Source: Alphaproteobacteria bacterium (GTDB lineage: Bacteria > Pseudomonadota > Alphaproteobacteria > UBA828). From it: a stretch of 64,000 nucleotides of DNA. The DNA lies in the NCBI GenBank assembly GCA_963422645.2, contig CAXXVO010000014.1, forward strand, positions 160,001 through 224,000. Reading direction: 5' to 3'. Positions 21,430-32,153 of this stretch are shown here, piece by piece. The first letter of the stretch is position 1; every line of letters begins with the position of its first letter. The notes under the pieces are model-generated. The model was given only the letters and a program-made list of their open reading frames with translations. It did not search any database and had not been told where the DNA came from. The position numbers were made by a program, and so were the translations under genes.

Positions 21430-24400
21430 GTGAGCGAGACAGGCACTTTCACCGGTCGCGTGGCCGCTGCGTTGCGGCGACGCGAGACGCTCCGCATCGC
21501 GGCCCCAGCCGGCGTCGCCGTCGTGGTCGTCGGCGTCCTGCTCGGCGTGTTCCTGACCGGCGGAGACGAGCAGGACGGAACGTCGGGGCAGTCCGTCGAT
21601 ATTGCCGATCGCACGGCCGAGAGCACCGTGGACAGCGTATCGCCGGCCGAGGAGGCGGAGCCCGCGACGGCCGATGCCGGCGTTCCCGAACCGGCCGAAC
21701 TCAAGCCCGAACAGACGGCTGAAGCGCTACCGGTGCCTGCCGACGTTCCCGGCGGCGACATCGATGTTGGCCCGCTGGAGGAAGAGACGGCTGAACCGGC
21801 TTCGGCCGCGCCCGAGAAGCCGACCGAGGCTGAAACCGGTGAGTTGGCTGAGACGACTCCGACTCCGGCTGACTCGCCTGCGGGCGACGTCGATACCGTT
21901 GTGCAGGACGAAGAGACGGCCGGGCCGGCGACAGCGGACGATGGCGCGCCTGCGGTCACAGCGACAGGAGACGCTGCCGAGACCGACGTTGCCGCCACAA
22001 ACGGTGACGGCACCGAGCCCACCACCGAAGAGGACGAGGAAGTTGCGGCCGAGCCGGGGGCAGCGGGAGACGCGGCGGATACCGACACGATGGCGGAGGG
22101 CGACGACGGCACCGCGCCCATTGCCGAGGACGATGCAACGGCAGCGGCTAAGACAGAAGCGGAGGAGGAGCCGGCAGACACTGAAACGATGGCGGAGGCC
22201 GATGACGGCGCCGCAACCGCCACAGAGGATGATTTGGCAGCTTTGTCTGAGCCAAGCGCGGAGGAAGAGCCGTCAGATACCGAAACGATGGCGGCGACCG
22301 ACGACGGTACCGCGCCCGCCACCGATGAGGATGCGACGGCTGCGGCTGAGCCAGAAGCGGAGGAGGAGCCGGCAGACACTGAAACGATGGCGGAGGCCGA
22401 TGATGGCACCGCGCCCGCCACCGATGAGGATGCAACGGCTGCGGCTGAGCCAGGGGCAGCGGACGACGCTGCCGGCACCGACACCATGGCGGCGACCGAC
22501 GACGACACCGCGCCCGCCACGGATGAGGATGCAACGGCTGCGGCTCAGACAGTAACAGCACCGGACGACGTTGCCGGCACCGACACCATGGCGGAAGGCG
22601 ACGACGACGTGGCACCCGCCACGGATGAGGATGCAACGGCTGCGGCTGAGCCAGGGGCAACGGACGACGCTGCCGGCACCGATACGACGGCGGAAGGCGA
22701 CGACGGCACCGCGCCCGCTACCGATGAGGATGCAACGGCTGCGGCTGAGACAGGGGCAGCAGACGACGCAGCCAGCACCGGCACCACGGCGGAAGGCGAC
22801 GACGACGTGGCATCCGCCACCGATGAGGATACAACGGCTGCGGCTCAAACAGAAACGGCAAGGGACGACGCAGCCGGCACCGACACGACGGCGGAAGGTG
22901 ACGGCGACGTGGCACCCGCCACCGATGAGGATGTAACGGCTGCGGCTGAGCCAGGGGCAACGGACGACGCAGCCGGCACTGACACCATGGCGGAAGGCGA
23001 CGACGACGTGGCACCCGCCGCCGACGAGGATGCGACGGCTGCGGCTGAGCCAGGGGCACCGGACGACGCAGCCGGCACCGACACCATGGCGGCAGGCGAC
23101 GACGGCACCGCGCCTGCGACCGAGGAGGATGAGGCGACTACGGTTGAGACGGGGGCTGGGGAGGACGCGACCGGCGCCGACACGATGGCGGAAGGCAATG
23201 ACGGCGCCGAGCCCGCCACCGATGAGGTTGCAACGGCTGCGGCTGAAACAGGGGCAGCGGACGACGCAGCCGGCGCCGATACGATGGCGGCGACAGACGA
23301 CGGCACCGCGCCTGCTACCGAGGACGATGCAGCGGCTGCGGCTGCGGCGGGTGCTGGGGACGACGCGATCGGCGCCGACACCATGGCGGCGACCGGAGAC
23401 GGCACCGCGCCCGCCACCGATGAGGATGCAACAGCTGCGGTTGAGCCAGGAGCAACTGACGACGCAGCCGGCATCGACACGATGGCGGCGACAGACGACG
23501 GCACCGCGCCTGCCGCCGAAGAGGATGCGGCGGCTACGGCTTCGGCCGCGACAACGGGAGACGACGCGGCCGGCGCCGACACCATGGCGGTGACCGACGA
23601 CGGTACTGCGCCCACCGCCGAGCTGGATGAAGAGGCAACCGAGTCCGCGGCGGCGGCTGACGGCACCCAAGATACGACCGACGAAGGCGAGACGGAGACC
23701 GCTGCCGGCGATGCCGCGCCCCTTGCCACAGAAGAGGGAGCCGAGGAGGCGGAACAGCCCATCGTCGAGACGCGCGTCGTACCCGACGAGCCGGTGGAGC
23801 AGGCTCAGGAACCGACCGTCGCACCGGATGTATCGGAGGAGATGGCGCCTGACGAAGAGCCGGCGCCCGCGGTGATGCCATCGAGCTTCGATACAGTGCG
23901 AATTAAACCCGATGGCAGCGCGGTGATCGCGGGCCGAGCCCCGCCCGGCGCCGAGGTCACGGTGAAGAGCGAGGATGTCGACCTCGGTTCGGAGACCGCC
24001 AACCGGAGCGGCGAATGGACGCTGGTGCCCTATATCCCCATCCCGCCGGGTGACCACCAGTTCTCGGCGATCGCGACCCTGCCGGACGGCACGCAGGTGG
24101 AGTCGGATGAGGTGCTTATCGTCTCCATCCCCGAGCCCGATGAAGACGGGGGGTCGGTGCTCGCCCTCCTGGCGCCGCGTGACGGCGAAGGCGGCAGCAC
24201 GGTTCTACAGAAGCCGGAGCCAGCTCCAGAGCCGGAACCAGTTCAAGAGCAAGCAGAGCCGGAGCCGGCTCCCAAAGTGGAGGAAGAGCCGACGATCGAG
24301 GTTGCGCGCTCTGATGAGACGCCCGCAGATGAGGCCGGTCCCGGCGAGGAAGAGCCGGACGAGGCCCGCCCGGAAGAGACTCCGGAAGAGGAGTCGATGG

Positions 24401-25044
24401 ACCTGGCCAGCCGGGACACGGCTGGTTCGGACGAAGCGGGATCCGGCGAAGCCGCCGCCCCGGACGAGACCATGACGGCTACCGCTCCCACGGACGACGC
24501 CCGGTCAGAAGAGGACGGCTCAGACGAACCCGGGACGGACACCGCCTCGGAGTCTGCAGGGGACGCGCCCACCGCGCCCTCTGAAGGTGAGGATACGGGC
24601 CCGCTCGCCGTGGACACGGTGGATTACGACGATGAGGGCGACATGACCCTCCGCGGCAAGGCCGAGCCGGAGGTGGACCTGCACGTCTATCTCGATGAGC
24701 GGCATGTGGGGACCGTTGAGAGCGACGCGGCAGGCGAGTGGGAACTCGACCCCGACGAAACGGTCGAGCCCGGCAGCTACACGCTCAGAGTCGATCAGAT
24801 CGATCCCGCCGGCGTGGTTCTCGCCCGCATCGAGACCCCCCTGGTCCGGGCCCGGCCCGAGCTGCTCACGCTGGGCGATGCCATCGTGGTGGTGCAGCCG
24901 GGCAACAGCCTCTGGCGCATCGCCCGGCGCACGCTGGGCGGCGGCGTCCACTACACCGAGATCTATGAGGCTAACAGCAGCCAGATCACGGATCCGGCGC
25001 TCATCTATCCGGGCCAGATTTTCACCGTTCCGGGTCTCGACTGA
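21430..25044 (+). CDS. Membrane-anchored LysM/Ig-like protein with long acidic tandem-repeat linker
   Basis: N-terminal TM helix; Ig-like segments (FDTVRIKPDGSAVIAGRA, VDTVDYDDEG); C-terminal LysM VVVQPGNSLWRIA...LIYPGQ. Confidence 0.88.
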   Translation: MSETGTFTGRVAAALRRRETLRIAAPAGVAVVVVGVLLGVFLTGGDEQDGTSGQSVDIADRTAESTVDSVSPAEEAEPATADAGVPEPAELKPEQTAEALPVPADVPGGDIDVGPLEEETAEPASAAPEKPTEAETGELAETTPTPADSPAGDVDTVVQDEETAGPATADDGAPAVTATGDAAETDVAATNGDGTEPTTEEDEEVAAEPGAAGDAADTDTMAEGDDGTAPIAEDDATAAAKTEAEEEPADTETMAEADDGAATATEDDLAALSEPSAEEEPSDTETMAATDDGTAPATDEDATAAAEPEAEEEPADTETMAEADDGTAPATDEDATAAAEPGAADDAAGTDTMAATDDDTAPATDEDATAAAQTVTAPDDVAGTDTMAEGDDDVAPATDEDATAAAEPGATDDAAGTDTTAEGDDGTAPATDEDATAAAETGAADDAASTGTTAEGDDDVASATDEDTTAAAQTETARDDAAGTDTTAEGDGDVAPATDEDVTAAAEPGATDDAAGTDTMAEGDDDVAPAADEDATAAAEPGAPDDAAGTDTMAAGDDGTAPATEEDEATTVETGAGEDATGADTMAEGNDGAEPATDEVATAAAETGAADDAAGADTMAATDDGTAPATEDDAAAAAAAGAGDDAIGADTMAATGDGTAPATDEDATAAVEPGATDDAAGIDTMAATDDGTAPAAEEDAAATASAATTGDDAAGADTMAVTDDGTAPTAELDEEATESAAAADGTQDTTDEGETETAAGDAAPLATEEGAEEAEQPIVETRVVPDEPVEQAQEPTVAPDVSEEMAPDEEPAPAVMPSSFDTVRIKPDGSAVIAGRAPPGAEVTVKSEDVDLGSETANRSGEWTLVPYIPIPPGDHQFSAIATLPDGTQVESDEVLIVSIPEPDEDGGSVLALLAPRDGEGGSTVLQKPEPAPEPEPVQEQAEPEPAPKVEEEPTIEVARSDETPADEAGPGEEEPDEARPEETPEEESMDLASRDTAGSDEAGSGEAAAPDETMTATAPTDDARSEEDGSDEPGTDTASESAGDAPTAPSEGEDTGPLAVDTVDYDDEGDMTLRGKAEPEVDLHVYLDERHVGTVESDAAGEWELDPDETVEPGSYTLRVDQIDPAGVVLARIETPLVRARPELLTLGDAIVVVQPGNSLWRIARRTLGGGVHYTEIYEANSSQITDPALIYPGQIFTVPGLD
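22081..23620 (+). repeat. ~16 degenerate 99-102 bp coding tandem repeats (TDTMAEGDDGTAPATDEDATAAAEPGAADDAAG)
   Basis: Direct reading of the translation. Confidence 0.9.
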
Positions 25045-25074
25045 CGCCGGCGGTGCTGGCTGCCACCGGGCTGC

Positions 25075-25551
25075 TCAGCCCAGCCGCGCGACGACGTAGC
25101 CGAGCAGGCTGAGCAGACGCTTCTTCTCGTCTTCGGAGAGACCGTGGGTCGCAAGCGCGTTCACCTCCAGCGCGGCCGGCACCAGCTCGCCGCATAGCTC
25201 GCGGCCCCGCTCCGTGAGCACCACGCGGCGCTGACGCCCGTCCTTCCGGTCGGGCACGCGGCGGATCAGACCGTCGCGCTCCATGCGCTGCAGGGTTCGC
25301 GCTGTCGTGGGCTCCTCGATCTGCTGCCGGCGGCTCAGCTCCTTTTGGGTGAGGCTCTCCTCCTCCCAGAGCAGCAGCAGCATCGACCATTGCGCGACCG
25401 AGACCCCGTAGCGGCCCAGCCGTTCCTGCAACGCGCGGGAGAAGAGGCGCGACGCCAGCGAGACCAGGTGGGCGGTGCTTTCCTCGATCACGAAGGGCGT
25501 GGCGCCGCTCGTCTCGTCTCCGCCCCTTGCCGCCGGCCGGCGGCGTATCAC
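25075..25551 (-). CDS. MarR family transcriptional regulator (start uncertain)
   Basis: LTQKELS...TL.RME.DGLI.R..DRKDGR...LTERG winged helix. Confidence 0.9.
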   Translation of the reverse strand: MIRRRPAARGGDETSGATPFVIEESTAHLVSLASRLFSRALQERLGRYGVSVAQWSMLLLLWEEESLTQKELSRRQQIEEPTTARTLQRMERDGLIRRVPDRKDGRQRRVVLTERGRELCGELVPAALEVNALATHGLSEDEKKRLLSLLGYVVARLG

Positions 25552-25760
25552 CGCATATGACACGGCACTCGCTCCCCTGGCCACTCGCTTCAATCCTATG
25601 GTGCGCCGGCAGGCCCGGACAAGGAAGGGGTGTGGCAGGACGATATGCTGGCGGTGCCCAGAGCCATGCGGAAAACCATTCAAACTGCACGCCATCGCTG
25701 GCATAGTGCGCGCCGCGTCGCCGCCCGTGTCGGCGGTGTGCCGGGGAGGCGAGGGGGGAC

Positions 25761-27083
25761 ATGACGCTTAGCGTGGCGATCGTCGGTTCAGGGCCGGCGG
25801 GTTTCTATACGGCTGACGCGCTCCTGAAGGCGGACCCGGAGTGCCGGATCGACATCATCGACCGGCTGCCGACGCCCTACGGCCTGATCCGCTTCGGGGT
25901 CGCACCCGATCACGAGAAGACCAAGAACGTGATGCGTGGCTTTGCACGCACGGCATCCGACGGCCGCGTTGGCTTTTTCGGCGATGTCGATATCGGCGAG
26001 GCGCTCTCCCTCGACGAGCTGCGCGAGATTTATGATGCCGTCGTGCTGGCGGTCGGCGCCGCCCATGACCGCAAGCTTGGCATCCCCGGCGAAGACAAGG
26101 CCGGCGTCGTCGGCTCCGCGAGCTTCGTCAACTGGTACAACGCCCACCCGGATTTCGTCGACCGCACGCCCGATCTCGACACCTCGAGCGTCGTCATCAT
26201 CGGCGCCGGCAACGTCGCCATCGACGTGGCGCGGGTGCTGGTCAAGACGCCGGCGGAGATGGCGGCGACCGACCTGCCGGACTATGCCGCCGAGCCCATC
26301 CAAAGCGCGCCGATCAGCGACGTCTACATGGTGGCGCGGCGCGGCCCGATCGAGGCCAAGTTCACCAATGTCGAGCTGCGCGAGATGGGCCACCTGGAGC
26401 AATGCGTGCCCCAGGTCGCGGCCGCCGACCTGCCGGACGAGGTAACCGGCGAGATGTCTCCGCGCGACCGGCGCGTGCGCGAGAAGAACCTGGAGACGCT
26501 GCGCGCCTTCGCCGGGCGCGAGGCCGACGAGATGCCCAAGCGCGTGCACTTCGTCTTCTTTGCGAGCCCGGTCGAAATACTCGGGGAGGAGCGGGTGGAG
26601 GCGGTGCGCTTCGAGCGGACGCGGGTCGAGAAGGGGCGCGCCGTCGGCACCGGCGAGCACTTCGAGATCGCCTGCGGCCTGGTGGTTGCCGCCGTGGGCT
26701 ACCTCTCCCTGCCCGTGGATGGTGCGCCCTTCGACCACAAGTATGGCGTCGTCGTGAACGACGAGGGCCGGGTCGGGCCCGGCCTCTATGCGGTCGGCTG
26801 GATCAAGCGCGGCCCGACCGGGGTGATCGGCACCAACAAGCCGGATGGCCGGGACGCCGCGCAACAGATCATCGATGATCTGGGCGCAGGCGGCGGCAAG
26901 CCCGGCCGCGAGGGACTGGAGGCGCTGCTGCGCACACGCGGGCGCCGCTGGGTCGATTTCGAGGACTGGCAACGGATCGAGGCGGCGGAGATTGCGGCCG
27001 CCGCCGAGGGCGCGCCCCGCCGCAAGCTCTACCGGCACGAGGATTTCTGGGCCGTCCTGGACGAGCAGCGGGCCGCCGGCTGA
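25761..27083 (+). CDS. Ferredoxin--NADP+ reductase, adrenodoxin-reductase/FprA type
   Basis: GSGPAGFY, PYGLIRFGVAPDH, GAGNVAIDVAR, GWIKRGPTGVIGTN. Confidence 0.92.
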   Translation: MTLSVAIVGSGPAGFYTADALLKADPECRIDIIDRLPTPYGLIRFGVAPDHEKTKNVMRGFARTASDGRVGFFGDVDIGEALSLDELREIYDAVVLAVGAAHDRKLGIPGEDKAGVVGSASFVNWYNAHPDFVDRTPDLDTSSVVIIGAGNVAIDVARVLVKTPAEMAATDLPDYAAEPIQSAPISDVYMVARRGPIEAKFTNVELREMGHLEQCVPQVAAADLPDEVTGEMSPRDRRVREKNLETLRAFAGREADEMPKRVHFVFFASPVEILGEERVEAVRFERTRVEKGRAVGTGEHFEIACGLVVAAVGYLSLPVDGAPFDHKYGVVVNDEGRVGPGLYAVGWIKRGPTGVIGTNKPDGRDAAQQIIDDLGAGGGKPGREGLEALLRTRGRRWVDFEDWQRIEAAEIAAAAEGAPRRKLYRHEDFWAVLDEQRAAG

Positions 27084-27139
27084 GTGGCGCTCCCCAACGT
27101 CACTGCCCGTCAGGGAAGAGGGCCGGGGGTGCCCAAATT

Positions 27140-27173
27140 CCTCCCGCCCGGGATTGGTGAGCCGGGCGGGAGG
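27140..27173. terminator. Hairpin between convergent genes, probable terminator
   Basis: CCTCCCGCCCGG-N10-CCGGGCGGGAGG; no clear U-tract. Confidence 0.55.
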
Positions 27174-27183
27174 GTGACGGTCT

Positions 27184-28104
27184 CTACTTGAATGCGTCCG
27201 CGTTCTCCATGGTCACGAGGACCGTGCCTGTATCGATAATCGGAGGAAGCGAACCGCCGCCGATCAGCGTCATGACGCTCTCGACCCCGATTGCACCCAT
27301 ATTGTAGGGATTCTGCGCAACAGTTGCTGACATCTCGCCGGCCAATACGCTGGCGGCCGCATCCGGATTGGCATCGAAGCCGACGACGAATACCTGTTCC
27401 AGCATATCCGCGTTCCTGAGTGCTTCGATCGCCCCGAGGCCCATATTGTCGTTGCTGGCGAAGACAGCCATGAGGTTCGGATTGCCGGTGATGATGTTCT
27501 CCATCACTGCCAGCCCTTTTGCCCGGTCCCATTCACCGGTCTGCTCGGCAACGATATTGAGGCCGCAGGCGGCGAGGCCGGCACTCGAACCGTCGGCGCG
27601 CTGCTTGCCGGTCGACTGCGTGAGGACGCCCTGAAGGATGGCAACATCGGAACCGGGGGCCACGTTCGCGCAGATGTGCTCGGCAGCGAGGCCGGCGCCC
27701 ACCAGGTTGTCGGTGCCGATATAGGTCACGCCGGCATTCGAGCCCTTGGTATCGATGAACACCACCGGAACCCCGTCAGCGAGCGCCTCGTCCACGAAGG
27801 GAGCCAATGCGTTCGGGTCGGAGGGTGCAAGGACCATAGCGCTTATGCCCTTGGCAAGCTGATCCTCGATCTGCGCGATTTGCACCGCAACATCGGACTC
27901 GGTCGTTGGTCCAAGCACGACGACCTTCACGCCGAGTTCGGCGCCCTTTTCCATTGCACCGCGCTCGACGGCGGCCCAGAAGGGGTTGCCGGCACCCGGG
28001 CCCTTCACGCTGACGAAGATCGTCTCTTCGGCCGCGGCCATCGGGGCGAGGCCTAACAGTACCGTTGCCGCGACCGCGGCCATTGCACCTTGTAGCTTGT
28101 TCAC
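27184..28104 (-). CDS. Sugar ABC transporter substrate-binding protein (RbsB-like)
   Basis: Signal peptide; NPFW, IGTDN, ASNDNMGLGA, VGFD, TVAQNP; GTG start with GGAGG. Confidence 0.92.
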   Translation of the reverse strand: MNKLQGAMAAVAATVLLGLAPMAAAEETIFVSVKGPGAGNPFWAAVERGAMEKGAELGVKVVVLGPTTESDVAVQIAQIEDQLAKGISAMVLAPSDPNALAPFVDEALADGVPVVFIDTKGSNAGVTYIGTDNLVGAGLAAEHICANVAPGSDVAILQGVLTQSTGKQRADGSSAGLAACGLNIVAEQTGEWDRAKGLAVMENIITGNPNLMAVFASNDNMGLGAIEALRNADMLEQVFVVGFDANPDAAASVLAGEMSATVAQNPYNMGAIGVESVMTLIGGGSLPPIIDTGTVLVTMENADAFK

Positions 28105-28203
28105 TGTCGTCTCCCTCCAAAAATAGGTTTGCTGACATGATTGAACGCAACGACCCGAGCACGGGCAGGTCAACCAAGTCCGAAGCGCACATAACTATAG
28201 TCT

Positions 28204-29235
28204 CTAGTGGCGCGTGCCAAGGTCGCGCCGCAACACGTCGATGAACACCGCGAGCACGATGATCGCGCCGATCAGGATCTGCTGCCAGAACGAGCTGACA
28301 TCGTTCAGGTTGAGACCGTTCCTGATCAATCCCATGATCAGCACGCCGCCGAAGATGCCGAGCACCTGTCCGCGGCCGCCGAAGAAGCTCGCCCCGCCGA
28401 TGATGACTGCGGCGATCGCTTCGAGCTCCATGCCGAGGCCCGCATTCGGAAATCCGGAATTGGTCCGCCCGGCCATGATCAGCCCGGCGATGCCGGCCAT
28501 GCATCCGCATATGGAGTAGACGATGATCAGCGTGCGGTCGACGTTAATTCCGCTGACCCTGGCCGCTTGCGGATTGCCGCCGATTGCGTAGAGGCGCCGA
28601 CCGAACACCGTATGCTCCAGCAGCACCCAGAAAACCAGGTAGACGACGACGGTAAAGATGAACACAACCGGTAGGTTCAAGCGTGCTCCATCGACCTCGC
28701 CAAGGAAAATACGGGCCGATCCGAGGAAGCGAATCGGGTCGGGTAGCCCCGAATAGGGCACACCTCCAGATATCAGGTTCGCCAATCCACGAGCCATGAA
28801 CAACATGCCCAATGTCATGATGAAGGGGTGCGGCATGCGAAGCTTTGTAATGCCGACACCGTTCACGAATCCCGCGGCAATCCCCACCAGCGGTGAAAGC
28901 ACCAGCACCACCGGCCAGGGAACGCCGGACGCGCTGGACACCGCAAGAGTCATCATGCCCAGCGCCATGACCGAACCGACCGACAGATCGATGCCGGCAG
29001 TCAGGATCACCAGGAACATGCCGATCGACAGCATCCCGTTGGCTGCGGTCTGCTTGAAGACGTTGGTGATATTGCGCCACGAAAGGAAAACGTCGGGTTG
29101 CAGCGCCCACAACACGACGCACATCACGACGATGACGATCAGGATTCCGTAACGATCGAGGATCGGCATGAGCCTGACCCGCAGCGGGTCCGTGTCTTCG
29201 AACTCCGGCTCGGTGCCGACTGGATCACGTGGCAC
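28204..29235 (-). CDS. Sugar ABC transporter permease (RbsC-like)
   Basis: GIDLSVGS, PFIMTLG, AIGGNPQAARVSGI, ELEAIAAVIIGG. Confidence 0.93.
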   Translation of the reverse strand: MPRDPVGTEPEFEDTDPLRVRLMPILDRYGILIVIVVMCVVLWALQPDVFLSWRNITNVFKQTAANGMLSIGMFLVILTAGIDLSVGSVMALGMMTLAVSSASGVPWPVVLVLSPLVGIAAGFVNGVGITKLRMPHPFIMTLGMLFMARGLANLISGGVPYSGLPDPIRFLGSARIFLGEVDGARLNLPVVFIFTVVVYLVFWVLLEHTVFGRRLYAIGGNPQAARVSGINVDRTLIIVYSICGCMAGIAGLIMAGRTNSGFPNAGLGMELEAIAAVIIGGASFFGGRGQVLGIFGGVLIMGLIRNGLNLNDVSSFWQQILIGAIIVLAVFIDVLRRDLGTRH

Positions 29236-30028
29236 GGTGATGCGCCGGTTCCTTCGCGTTTTCCTTCGTTCCCATGACCCAGCCGATGACTTCGCTGCGG
29301 GTTGTCTCGGCCAGTTTCGCCTCGGCGAAGTTCGTTCCGTGGTACAGGGCCATTACCCGATCGCAGACGTGGAATATATCGTCCATGCGGTGGCTGATGA
29401 TCGCGACCGAAATGCCGCGGTTCTTCAGGCCGATGATGAGATCGAGCACCTTGCCGACCTCCTTGACCGCAAGCGCCGCAGTCGGTTCGTCCATGATCAC
29501 GATGCGCGCCTGGAACGCAATCGAACGTGCAATCGCGACCGCCTGCCGCTGGCCGCCCGACAATTCCTCCACCTTTTGCTCCACGCTCTTCACGTGGATT
29601 TTCAGATTGTCGAGATGCTGTTTTGCCAATTCCCGCCCGCCGCGATGGTCGAAGAGCGACACCAGCCCGCCGAGCAGTCTGCGCTTCGGCTCGCGGCCGA
29701 GATAGATGTTCTCGGCAATGTTCGTGTTACCGGCAAGGGCCAGGTCCTGGTAAACCATCTCGATTCCGAGATTGCGGGCATCGCGCGGGCTGTGGAACCG
29801 AACCTGCCGGCCATCAAAGATCAACTGTCCTTCGCTCGGCGGGTGCAGGCCTGACAGGACTTTCATGAGTGTCGACTTGCCGGCGCCATTGTCGCCGACG
29901 ACACCGAGCACCTCACCCGGCCAAAGCTCGAGATCGACATCGCGCAAGGCCGTAACCGCACCGAAATACTTCCAAATCCCACGGGCCTCGAGCAACGGCT
30001 GCGCCGCTTCTTCGGTGCGTTCGCTCAA
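29225..30028 (-). CDS. Sugar ABC transporter ATP-binding protein (single domain)
   Basis: GDNGAGKST, LSGGQRQ, MDEPTAAL, ISH. Confidence 0.93.
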   Translation of the reverse strand: MSERTEEAAQPLLEARGIWKYFGAVTALRDVDLELWPGEVLGVVGDNGAGKSTLMKVLSGLHPPSEGQLIFDGRQVRFHSPRDARNLGIEMVYQDLALAGNTNIAENIYLGREPKRRLLGGLVSLFDHRGGRELAKQHLDNLKIHVKSVEQKVEELSGGQRQAVAIARSIAFQARIVIMDEPTAALAVKEVGKVLDLIIGLKNRGISVAIISHRMDDIFHVCDRVMALYHGTNFAEAKLAETTRSEVIGWVMGTKENAKEPAHHRAT

Positions 30029-30265
30029 ATGTCCACCCGCCTGCGCAATGGGGATTGGCCCTCGCGCGGACCATAGGTTGATCGCGTTTGAACCGTCAAG
30101 GCTGGCCACGCCAGCTACCCGCCGGGTTCAGCCGGCTGGCCAAACCTGACATCTCGGGCGAATGCACGCCCCGGACCGGCCCGAAAAAGGTCGGACCACT
30201 AGACATCGGGGGCCGGTGGGAGTAAGTGAATCGTCCCGCCCCAGTCGACTGACTCGGCGGGTCTC

Positions 30266-32152
30266 ATGGAGACTGACAGGGCCATGGCAGAAGCAGCATT
30301 GACGCTCGACGAGGTGCCGCGCGAGGAGCTGGAATCGGCTGTGATTCGCTTCGCCGGGGATTCTGGCGACGGCATGCAGTTGACCGGTGGGCGTTTCACC
30401 GAGACCGCGGCGCTCGCCGGAAACGACCTCACCACCTTCCCGGATTTCCCGGCCGAGATCAGAGCGCCGATCGGCACCACCTATGGCGTCTCGGCCTTCC
30501 AGATCAACTTCGGATCGCGCAACGTGATGACCTCCGGCGACCTGCCGGACGTGCTCGTCTGCATGAATCCCGCCGCGCTCAAGGTCAATCTCTCCGAGCT
30601 CAGGGAAGGCGGCCTGGTCATCGTCGATAGCGGCACCTTCACCGACAAGAACCTGCAAAAGGCGGGCTACGAGTCCAATCCCCTCGACGACGACAGCCTC
30701 TCCCGCTACCGGGTGATGGCCATCGATATCTCGAAGCTGACCCTGGAGGCGGTCAAGCACTGCGACGTCTCCAAGAAGGAGGGGCTCCGCGCCAAGAACC
30801 TGTGGACCCTGGGCCTGATCTACTGGATGTACGACCGCGACGTGGCGGCGACGGTGGAATGGCTCGGCACCAAGTTCAAGAAGCTGCCTAACATCGCGGC
30901 CGCCAATATCGCCTGCCTCAAGGCGGGCCACGCCTTCGGCGAGACGGCCGAGCTTCCCGACGGTGCTCTGGTCTACGAGATCAGGCCCGCAACCTTCAAG
31001 CCGGGGCTCTACCGCACCGTCACCGGGACCGAAGCGCTGGCCTGGGGTCTCGTGGCGGGATCGCAGCTCGCCGGGCTCAAGCTGGTGTTCAGCTCCTACC
31101 CGATCACGCCGGCGTCTTCGGTGCTGCACGTGCTCTCCCGGCTCAAGGCCTATGACGTGTTGACCTTCCAGGCCGAGGACGAGATTGCCGCGGCCGGCGC
31201 CGCGATCGGCGCGTCCTACGCTGGCGCCCTCGGCGTCACCTCGAGCTCGGGCCCCGGCGTGGCACTCAAGACCGAGGCGCTCGGCCTCGCGATTACCGCC
31301 GAGCTGCCGCTGATTCTGATCAATTCCCAGCGCGCCGGCCCGTCTACGGGTATGCCGACCAAGACCGAGCAGTCGGATCTCTACCTCGCCGTCTACGGGC
31401 GCAACGCCGATGCGCCGCTGGTGGTGCTCGCGGCTCGCTCGTCGGCGGAAGCGTTCGATGTCGCCATCGAGGCGGTGCGTCTGGCGACCCGCTATATGAC
31501 ACCGGTGGTGGTGCTGAGCGATACCTTCATCGCCAACGCGGCGGAGCCGTGGCGGCTGCCCGATGTCGGTACGCTCAAGCCCTTCCCGGTGACCTTCCAC
31601 ACCGAAGCGGAGGGCTTCCAACCCTACCGGCGGGATGAGGAGACGCTGGCGCGGCGCTGGGTGAAGCCGGGCACGCCCGGCCTCGAGCACCGCATCGGCG
31701 GGCTGGAGAAGGACTACACGACGGGCAACGTCTCCTACGACCCCGAGAACCATCAACGCATGACCGACGTGCGGCACGAGAAGATCGCCAACATCGCGGA
31801 CGACATTCCCGAGCAGGAGGTCGATCAAGGGCCCGACCATGGAGCGATCGCGGTGGTCGGCTGGGGCTCGACCTACGGGCCGATCAGCCGGGCCGTCGAG
31901 CGCAGCCGGGACGAGTACGGCATCGACGTTGCGCACATCCACCTGCGCTACCTCAACCCGCTGCCGCGCAATCTTGGCGACCTGCTCGCGAGCTACGAGA
32001 CGTTGCTGGTGCCCGAGATGAACATGGGCCAGCTCACCACGGTGCTGCGCAGCCGCTATCTGGTGCCGGCGGTGAGCGTTCCCAAGGTCACCGGCAAGCC
32101 CTTCAAGATCGTCGAGATCATGGACGCGATCCGCGCCCATTCGGAGGCATGA
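30266..32152 (+). CDS. korA: 2-oxoacid:ferredoxin oxidoreductase alpha subunit (gamma-alpha fusion)
   Basis: FAGDSGDGMQ, YPITPAS, QAEDEIAA, GPSTGMPTK; start may be 30284; substrate not proven. Confidence 0.9.
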   Translation: METDRAMAEAALTLDEVPREELESAVIRFAGDSGDGMQLTGGRFTETAALAGNDLTTFPDFPAEIRAPIGTTYGVSAFQINFGSRNVMTSGDLPDVLVCMNPAALKVNLSELREGGLVIVDSGTFTDKNLQKAGYESNPLDDDSLSRYRVMAIDISKLTLEAVKHCDVSKKEGLRAKNLWTLGLIYWMYDRDVAATVEWLGTKFKKLPNIAAANIACLKAGHAFGETAELPDGALVYEIRPATFKPGLYRTVTGTEALAWGLVAGSQLAGLKLVFSSYPITPASSVLHVLSRLKAYDVLTFQAEDEIAAAGAAIGASYAGALGVTSSSGPGVALKTEALGLAITAELPLILINSQRAGPSTGMPTKTEQSDLYLAVYGRNADAPLVVLAARSSAEAFDVAIEAVRLATRYMTPVVVLSDTFIANAAEPWRLPDVGTLKPFPVTFHTEAEGFQPYRRDEETLARRWVKPGTPGLEHRIGGLEKDYTTGNVSYDPENHQRMTDVRHEKIANIADDIPEQEVDQGPDHGAIAVVGWGSTYGPISRAVERSRDEYGIDVAHIHLRYLNPLPRNLGDLLASYETLLVPEMNMGQLTTVLRSRYLVPAVSVPKVTGKPFKIVEIMDAIRAHSEA

Positions 32153-32153
32153 G

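Noticed and set aside
22081-23620. CRISPR-like periodic array
   Set aside because: Repeats are degenerate, in frame within a CDS, lack unique spacers, and no cas genes are present
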